Below are positions 54,721 to 64,000 of a stretch of DNA of 64,000 bases, piece by piece; position 1 is the first letter of the stretch, and each line of letters begins with the position of its first letter. This DNA comes from Eledone cirrhosa. Lineage: Eukaryota. The translations under genes and the position numbers were made by a program. The DNA is taken from NCBI GenBank assembly GCA_964016885.1, contig OZ024742.1, positions 241,614,001 through 241,678,000 of the forward strand, given 5' to 3'. The notes below the pieces were generated by a model. It did not search any database. It saw nothing but the letters and a program-made list of their open reading frames with translations, and was not told the DNA's origin.

Positions 54721-55914
54721 CACATTCTCCCATTCACTCTCCTGTTTCTCTTATATTCGCTCTCTCCTATTCAATCGCTCTCCTTCACTCCCTCACATAC
54801 TCTCCCTTACATTCCCTCCCCCCACATACACTCACTTCCATTCACTTTCCTAATTCTCTCCCACTCAACCGCCCCCCCTCCCCTCATTCAATTCCCAGTT
54901 CACTAACAACGCTCTCTTAATGATTTTTGTCTGTTCGCTCTCTCATTCATTATCTCCCATCCACTCTCTCACCATCCAATCAACCATATATTATCCCCCC
55001 CCCCTCTATCATTCACTATTCATTTATTTTCTACCTTACACTCACCCATTCACTCTCCAATCCACTCTCTCTCCCTCTCGCTCTCTTTCCTCTCGTTTTT
55101 CCAATTCACCTCTCCCTCTATATACATGCGTGCAAATATATATATGTATGTATGTATGTGTGTAAGAATGTATGTATGTGTGTGTGTGTGCATGTAGGTA
55201 TGAATACATGTATATATGTATGTATATGTATAATATATATATATATATATATGTACGTACATATACACATGCATATATAAGTATGTACATACATACACAA
55301 ACAAACACATACATACATATACACATACATACACAGTGGAACCAAGCAAAATAAATATGCAACCTCGCACATAGAGGCACTTATGTATTCAGATAGAGTC
55401 ACTTACATACATTGAAATGCAAACACCCACAAACTGGTACACATAGATCCATTCACTACTACACGTATATACTCAGCCCCTCATCCCCGCCTCATACTCA
55501 CAGTCACTTTCACACAGACCTATTCACATAGACGCCGACACAGACTAAACAATGCGCAATCGTTCACGCAAACACCCACATAGCCAGACCCACACAGGGA
55601 GTCCTTTTCTACACACTATCGTACATCTGCTCACAAACGCTTACACGCATAAGCTACACGTTGAAAGAATATACATACTCAGAATGTAGACAGACGCATA
55701 TTCATGCAGTCACACACTCACACAAACATACAAAAATACATCTTCACACAGACACAGTCAGTCACCCACCCACGGAGACTTATGCAGACACCCACATAAT
55801 AATCAGTCGCTCCCTGACACCCACCACATATTACAGACGCACATATAAACAGCCACAACACATTCACACTATCGTTCTCTTACACTCTAACATTGAATCT
55901 AAATCTCTATCTTA

Positions 55915-55983
<69 letters not shown>

Positions 55984-56424
55984 CCCTATCTCTTTCCCTC
56001 TCTCTCTCTTTCTCTGTTATTGTTTCTGCGTTAATTACATTTTTCGCCACAATAGCTGATCACTAAAATACATCGACTCACTAAGGAATTTGCCTGCTAG
56101 AAATAACAGACAAATCTACATCAAACTACCTCCTGTCACTTTATGTAAAGAAGGATACAAGAGACAATAGTTACTGATGTACGACTGGAAAGTCTTTCAT
56201 CATTACATATTCTTAGCCAGGGATGACCTAGGGCTATATAATATCTCACGCAAAATGCTCGTTCTCCCTCATTTCTGCAAACACACAAGCAGTAACACAT
56301 AGGTACACACCTGCGCACACAGACTGACACACAGACAGAGAGACAGACACACACACACAGACAGACACACACACACACACACACACATACACACATGCCA
56401 TGGATGTATGTATGCATTTGTTTT

Positions 56425-57098
56425 GTGGAGTGAAAGACTCCTAGTCTTCATTAAGACATCTCTTTAGGAGAAGGTCACTCTGATATAAAACCTGCGACTT
56501 CATTTGCATCCAATGATGTAGACCAGAGAATGGGATTGGCCCCGTGCAAAGCCTTTTCTCGCTTAAAAAGGTTTCAAGCACAGCATAGTTTGATATGTGT
56601 CATTTTTGCGATGTATGGTATTGCTGGCCATAGGCAAGTCCCTTGCAGGACTAAAAGGCCACATCTGTGATTCTCATGATTAAGTATCAAGCGATAGCAT
56701 TGTATGCATGCATGTATGTATGTGTGTATGTATGCGCGGGGACATAGAAATAGTTGGGCTGGACACCCGATCGCGCAGTTAAACCACTGGGAGTGAAGGA
56801 CCCCTAGTCTTTGTCAGGGCATTCTTCTAGGAGAAGGTATCTCATGAAACTGGGATAACTCCGATATAAAACCTGCGGCTCAGTAGTTACCGATGATGTT
56901 GATCTTGCCTTCTTTTCGGGTTATAGCTACTGTCACTCAGAGAGTGGGATTGGCTCAGTGCACATTCTTTCCTCACTTTAAAAAATATCTTCACGCACAG
57001 GCATTGCACGATAGAATTAATTAATAATTATTAATAATGGTATATCGTGCAATGACCATACTCGATAACGAGGGGGCAGTCATCGTGTATGTATGTAT
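56425..57098 (+). mobile_element. Two adjacent related short retroposons (56425-56700, 56735-57098) with the RTE 5'UTR-like motif TAGGAGAAGG..ACTC.GATATAAAACC and (GTAT)n tails
   Basis: Mutual similarity, and similarity to 20140-20413. Confidence 0.65.
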
Positions 57099-57237
57099 TT
57101 CTGTTTTAATGATTAAGAATTTCGGAGCACTAATGAAGATTAGAGACCGAAAAAAAAAAAATGAGAAAAAGAGGGAAGGATCTTCCGAGGGATTCGAACT
57201 CCGTATTTGTAGAATTCGGAATAATCGAGTTACTAAA

Positions 57238-57658
57238 TATTTGTTTTTACTTTAGGCACAAGGCCAGCAATTACCCAGTGCATTATTGGTGCTTTATTTT
57301 ATCGACCCCGTGAGGATGAAAGGCAAAGTTAACCTCGGCGAGATTTCAACTCAGAACGTAAAGAGCCACAACTCTATGCTGCAAAGCATGGGAAAAGAGA
57401 ACATTAACGCAAATTAATCTGATCCTTGACAAGCAAGATGATAACTTGGTTCAGATTTAGATATCATCAATAAAACATTGTTTTTACAATTCCTATTAGT
57501 TCCACAACAACGGAGTTATTACTCTGTCTATATATACTACAACCTGGCATGAGATCATAACATCATAACCGCGGCGGGATTTGAACTTAGAACGTAAAGG
57601 GCCATAATTCTATGCTGCAAAGCATGATGTCTGACGCTTTACCGATACTGCCAATCCA
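57238..57658 (-). mobile_element. Two partial tRNA-derived SINE copies (57238-57391, 57567-57658)
   Basis: Reverse complement of the family consensus. Confidence 0.82.
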
Positions 57659-57995
57659 ACATAATGATCGAAAGAAATGATCCAAGTATGACATCTGCAT
57701 GGTAATTGTTTTGTAAAATCAGTTACACACTTAATGTGTAAATTAACAGATAAGTGATGTAAACTAACACTTTAATCTTGACCCTCAGCATAATATTCAA
57801 ATATGGTAAACGTGGCGCGTTATGAGAGATGGCTGAATTGCAGTTCAGATAAATCCAATTGCTTTTCTTCTATCCATTTTCATTAGCAATATAGAAAACA
57901 AGCAGTGGGTTGAAAGATGGGTTATCACGAAATTCTTAACTAATCGACCATGCCTGTGATCGAGAATCGAGAATGAGAATGCGTTTGTGTGTGCG

Positions 57996-58060
<65 letters not shown>

Positions 58061-58295
58061 GGGAAAGAGTGTATGTGTATGTATGACCCTACCAACCATG
58101 ATGTATGATGTCTGGGATATTATATATATAGTTGAAAATAAACGAACAAAACATAGGTGGCAATTATATATATATTTCGGATCTAGCTGTGTGTGTGTGT
58201 GTCTGTGTGTGGGTGTGAGTGTGTGTGTGTGTGTGCGTGTGTGTGTGTGCGTGTGTGTGTATGCATGTGTGTGTGTGTGTGCGCGTGTGTGTGTA

Positions 58296-58408
58296 TCCAG
58301 GGTTCAATCGGAGGTAACCACCGTAAATAAGGTACCCAATACATAGTAGAGTATATACAATGATTAATATAGAAATGGCTTCTACGGGACTAGAACTGTT
58401 TCATTCGA
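58296..58408 (-). mobile_element. Family D element, truncated (3' half of the hammerhead plus tail)
   Basis: Similar to 23394-23501. Confidence 0.8.
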
Positions 58409-61400
58409 AGGAAACCATATTCTTGACGGTTAGTAATAAATATATTTTTACTCTGTTAAAGCTCATATCCCTTATGTGTTTGTGAGTAATGCATGCATAT
58501 GTAAGTTCGAAGTTATTTATTTAACATTGATGAATTTGTAAATTGAGAATTAAAAGGAGACTGTATAGTGGTATCTAAATATGCAGGTAAAACACAGCAA
58601 ATATTAAATTCTCAATATCTTGGAAAGTTGTAGACATAAAGAGTAGGAAATTTGAAGTTTGAACTGAATGTTAGCATTTGAAAGGTTTCTACCAGCATAT
58701 ATATATGAAGGAAACACCAATAAGAAATATATTTACTAAGTATGATTTAATTGAGTTTGATCAAACTGCTTCACCGATGAAATTGCCAAGGAAGTGGGTG
58801 ACAGTCTGACCTAAATTATCGCTGAATATATTAATCGTCACCGAAGCGGAGGTGATTTAAACTATTCTCGTACGCTGTCATTTACAATCAGTTCATTCAA
58901 TGTAGATATATTGGAGGGGTCAGATCATTGTTCGATTACTACTTATGATTTAAAGATATTATCTCGCGCATTGTTAATACAACAGGAATGGATAGAAGAG
59001 GAGAGGCGTCAATCGAAAGGTTTATTGGAAATAATGAATAAAAATATTGCGCTGATACGTTGGTAATCTTTAGCCAGATAGACATAAGTATGTTATAGGT
59101 AAGTTGGTAATAAAACTATTTATAGTTCCAAAAGAAAGTTTTGGGAAGTGGTGATTTCCCTTTATATTCATCTGTGGTCAATAAAATAAATACCAGAATC
59201 GAATTATTTTATTATGCTTATAGTTCGAATTATCTTTGATGCTGACCTGGTTGAGTGGTTAAGAGTTTCGCAGCACTATTATGAAAGTATCGGATTAAAT
59301 CGCACTGATCAGCATCTTTGATAAAGGTCAATAGCTCAGGTGAAATATCCTCATGTCAACTTTGACCTTGTGAGTAAAACTGTGCGGGTGCTAGTAAAAT
59401 GGATTGTATTCCTAATTTAAAGTTCCAACCTTGTTCCAAAGTTTCAGACTTCATGATTCAGCTTGAAGATTACGCTAAAGGTACATATGTCGAATGAATA
59501 TTCTATCACTTACACCTTAATTTAGTGAGTAGGTAGTGAAGTTGATGGGACAATTGAATGGATATTAAATAGAATGTAGAAATATAATGGATGTATACTA
59601 TGGTTTTAGGGATTTGTCAAGAATGAACCACAGCACCGCATGATGTTTTGGCAGAATCTCTAATACTGGTGGTCAAATGGAAAAAAAAAACGAAAAATAA
59701 ATCAATATCCAAAAGTTAGTGCACTATGAAGCTGTGCCTGAAGTTATCGAATTATTCTAAAACTCGATACAGACTCAAAAAGGTTGTAACAGGAGACTTC
59801 ACTAAAATACATCATACATAAGTGTTGGTGTTGAACTAAGAGGCAGATAATATATGTATAAGAACGGACTTCCGCGCAGTCTCCATATCTGCGATTTGTC
59901 TCACAGCACTTTACTCAAACTGAGGTTATTGTGTAACAAATCTTCTCAATTAACTAATCATTATTTACGTATGTTTGGCTTATAAGAGGAATAATTAATT
60001 ATATGAATTCGATGCAATGGCCATATGTTGGACATAGTTAAACTAACATTTGGGATTTATAGACGTAACATGTTCATTACTAATTTTCTCTGTAACTTGG
60101 AAAATATGTAATTTTATGGAGATACTGCAGTTAAGGGAACATAATGAGTGAATTAATTATTGAAACTACCACTTACCCCACCTGGAGTTAGATTTCTAGG
60201 ACCGAGAAAGAGTTGAAATTCCTTTTCAAGCTGCGTGTAGATTCAATAAATGTTACATAGTTGGTTCCTGGCTTTAACTCATTCAGATCTATGTTTCTCA
60301 GTTTCACGACGTATAATTTCTTTAGCAGATATTACATTAATAAACTGCGTGTGTTAGACTTCTTCCGTTTCTGCTAACTTTATTGCCGTTTTATTGCATT
60401 TATTAAGATTTGCAACTGTACAATTCTAGTTTTACACGTCAGTTCAGAAAAGAATCGATTTCATGAACAAGCTTTCTCTGTCAAACTACCTTTAATCTTT
60501 GTTACACTATCAACAGAGGATTTCACTATCGTTTTAGCACTTACTTTAACGTTTCCTGAGTCTCTGAATGTGCTTCTTGAATTCAAGCTTTTTAAAAGGT
60601 ACGCTTATGTGTCTGTGTGTGTGTACACACAGACACATATGTATTTACACATATACATACATACATAAATACACACACACATACACTCACACACACACGC
60701 ACACATATATATATATAATGCATTCCTTTTGAATAAGTTCACATCTACCATTTTATGCAGTTTCCTTTATTTACTTTTGGTATTTCAACTGAAATGTTAA
60801 CTTTTCAAAATCAAATTCAAGTTGCCCACTTTATTGAAGATGTTCAGATTTCGTTTTAGGTGTATGAATATATAGAAACGCAAAATGTTATTCCAAAGAA
60901 GCATTGAGGCTTAAAACTCTGTTTATCTCTAGAACATTTTATTTTTACTCCATTAACAGATAGTAAATAGATTAGCGAAATGAAATCTTATCTTCGAACG
61001 ATATGAAAAATTGCTACATCCGCTCTAAAGACAGAAAAAAACCTCTTTATTTACCATCATATGGCCACATCGTCGCTACCAACATTAATAATAATGACAC
61101 CTCATTTTTACACTATTGCTGTTTTTAAAGTCCTCTTAAGTAGACAGATAAGTATTACTGACTTCAATAACAATGTCCTTACTATCAATAGGGTTTCTTC
61201 TTGCAACTGATACTGTCATACTGTGAACGAGACTAGTTTTCTGAATATCAAGCTCTCATCACATACTTGACAGGCTAGAAAGTTATCAGCAGGTGAACCT
61301 TAGTCTATTCACCGTTACATCACGCTATCGCTACTCTGTTGCGTCCCTCGCGTTCCTCGAGTTATCTTTAAATCCTTTTCCCCCACCAACTGCCCCCACT

Positions 61401-61914
61401 TCACACCCTAATCTTTACGATTTCCAACGCCATTCATATGTAAATGACGATAAGGTCTAATAATCATCTGAGAAAAAAAATATTTATCACTTACTGTTAT
61501 CGCTTGCTGTTGTTGATGCTACAAGTACTATAACTACTATTATTGCTGCAATCCCTGCTGTTGTCCTGCTGCTGCTGCTGCTGCTGCTGTTGCTGTATTG
61601 CTGTTGGTATTGCTACCCTTCCCTTCAGTTATGCTTTTACATTTTTCCTTTCAGCTATTATTCTTGCTGTTATTGTTGTTGTTCTTAGAAAGAAATTTTG
61701 AAACATTCGTCCATTGGCGATATTGTTTTAAACAAATCTAGATTTAATATTCTACCATACTATTTCATTCTAATACCATTATAATTTTCAAGGATTGTAA
61801 ATAAAACGAGTAAATCAGATAAAGTTGGAATTCCTTTTATTAATATAATCTTCTATACACAATCATATACACCTGTGTATATTTATTTATATATATATAT
61901 GTATATATATATTA

Positions 61915-62024
<110 letters not shown>

Positions 62025-62025
62025 G

Positions 62026-62082
<57 letters not shown>

Positions 62083-63000
62083 AGATAACTGCAAAGTCAA
62101 GTAATCTTCTTTGGAATCATTTATAGAAACTTTCGAGGGAATGATTCGAATTATGTTAACTGAGAGAAGAATAACAGCATAATACATTCTCTGGAACCAG
62201 TAAGAATGTATTAAAAACAAAAATGTTTCCAGTGACTATTGTTTCAAATTGTATTTCGTATTTTGATTGTCTCTTAGTTATTAAATGAACAACTTTATTT
62301 TATGTTTACGAAAGAAGGCTGAACAATTAACAGCAAATAAATTAACAAGCGCTTCCCTATTTTGAAACATAAGAGAAAGGAAATATTGAGTTAGTGAATT
62401 TCAGAGTAGAGGAATAGTTTCAAGTAATGAAGTCCTCCTTTACATGCAACCAATGATAATGTACGATGTGAGTAATACTGTTCTTCTCATATGTGAATAG
62501 TTCTAAAATGTCGGGGAAAATCCCACTAATATTTCGCTAGATATTTAAGATTCAAGTGAAGTAATTTATAGATCCCGAAACTGAAATTAATGTCAGTAAT
62601 TAAGTCTTGATTATGTAAAGTTTTATCGGTGAATCAAATGAATTGTTGAATTTGATTTTAGACAATACTTGCCTTAGGAGTGTGTATGTTTAGAAATGTA
62701 TGCAATTGTTTGTTAATATAGGGATCAAAAGAGGTGTAAGGTGTAGCCGTCTGAAAACTAATTTTATAACCCATGGTTATAAAATTAGTATCGTAAAGAA
62801 TACACGAAGACAAGATGAAATGGTGAGAAATGATAGTTTAGATAACAAGTGGAATGTTTTAGTTTTATGGGTTTTCTTTTCCTCGAGATTCTTGTGAGAG
62901 ATATTCCCAACGGAATATTCAGTACGGAGAGAGTGTGGAAGAAGGGGAGAAAGGGAAGAAGAGAGAGCTGGGGAGGAAGAGAGGGAGAGAGAGAGAGAGA

Positions 63001-63089
<89 letters not shown>

Positions 63090-63740
63090 GGAGCTAGAGG
63101 TATAGAAATAGAGTGTTTCGTTTGGATAAGTAGACATTGGAGCTATACGTAAACTAAGCAACATTTGTTCCAGCCTTATAAGCAACATGTAGTTTACAGA
63201 AACATCTTTGTTGAGTAAATTATGTAATAACAATAGGTGAAGTTTCATATTCTAAAGTAATATACCTAAATTTACTAATATAGGGAGTATTACCATAAGT
63301 ATAACATTTGTAATTAAATCTTTTCTGGGACGATCCTTAAAATATCTATCTAATAAGCAAGTTTTAAGAACGGAACTCTTAAACCCTAAGCAAACCCCTT
63401 CTGAGATGAGCCTTCAAATGTTTATCTAATAAGCATGCTTTAAAAACAGAAATCTTAAAACTAAGCAAATATGAGATAATAAGGGACACAACACACTACA
63501 GATGCAATAGGTACCAGTAAATACGCACAAACAAAACATATATTACATGAATCAAATAGTCCCTAGTAAAAGAATGGGAGAATACATCATTAACAAATTT
63601 ATAAAACAGAACACAACATTCGTCACATCTATCCACAGTCTAACAATTAGAAAATATTACACCACCACCAGAATTAGAACTATCTGACTGACATGAAACC
63701 ACAACTTACACATCATAGATCTTACGTAGTCTACATAACC

Positions 63741-64000
63741 AACATATTGCAATATACAAGTTTCAATGAAAGCATGCAAGATGTAAACTTCGGGACTGTA
63801 ACTGTAACACAGAACACACAACAGTGATACCTTCCTGTTGGTTGTTGGTTGAGCATGGATTTACAAGAATAATTCATTACAATAAATTATAATACTGACT
63901 ACAACATGCGTCACATCTAACGTATTGCAATATACAAATTTCAATGAAAGCATGCAAGATGTAAAGTTCGCGACTGAAACTGTAACACAGAACACACAAC
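63741..64000. repeat. Direct repeat of ~82 bp with 178-bp period, runs off the window
   Basis: 63741-63822 is similar to 63919-64000. Confidence 0.8.

Noticed and set aside
58420-61850. Long, relatively repeat-poor stretch examined for host exons
   Set aside because: No ORF of 60 aa or more in the track and no convincing spliced coding signal; small exons cannot be excluded

Overview
This is eukaryotic, AT-rich DNA saturated with microsatellites. It is most likely an octopus or other cephalopod intergenic/intronic region, inferred from the repeat landscape and not proven. I found no host protein-coding gene; almost all of the ORF track is translated (TA/CA/GA)n. Conventional repeats: a degenerate Tc1/maT-type transposon, mariner/piggyBac/hAT-like MITEs, a non-autonomous Helitron, RTE, R4/Dong-type and I/Jockey-type LINE relics, over a dozen copies of a tRNA-derived SINE, and two minisatellites. 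Two 5'-truncated Penelope-like elements (PLEs) are present: a Naiad-like GIY-YIG C-terminus at 111-326 and a Neptune/Nematis-like RT-thumb plus GIY-YIG ORF at 33761-34737. The main hidden signal is about 13 unrelated sequence families of short non-coding elements, most embedded in (TA)n tracts. They carry type I hammerhead ribozyme (HHR) motifs, about 20 instances folded by eye. They occur as ~380-590 nt monomers with terminal redundancy, circular permutation and an inverted fold-back arm, and three element junctions fall at or within 3 nt of the predicted self-cleavage site. This looks like a diverse microsatellite-targeted, retrozyme-like / non-autonomous Penelope system, possibly with circular RNA intermediates. 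HHRs in PLEs and retrozymes are established; activity, circularity and novelty of these families are inferences that need testing. Family letters are my own labels.
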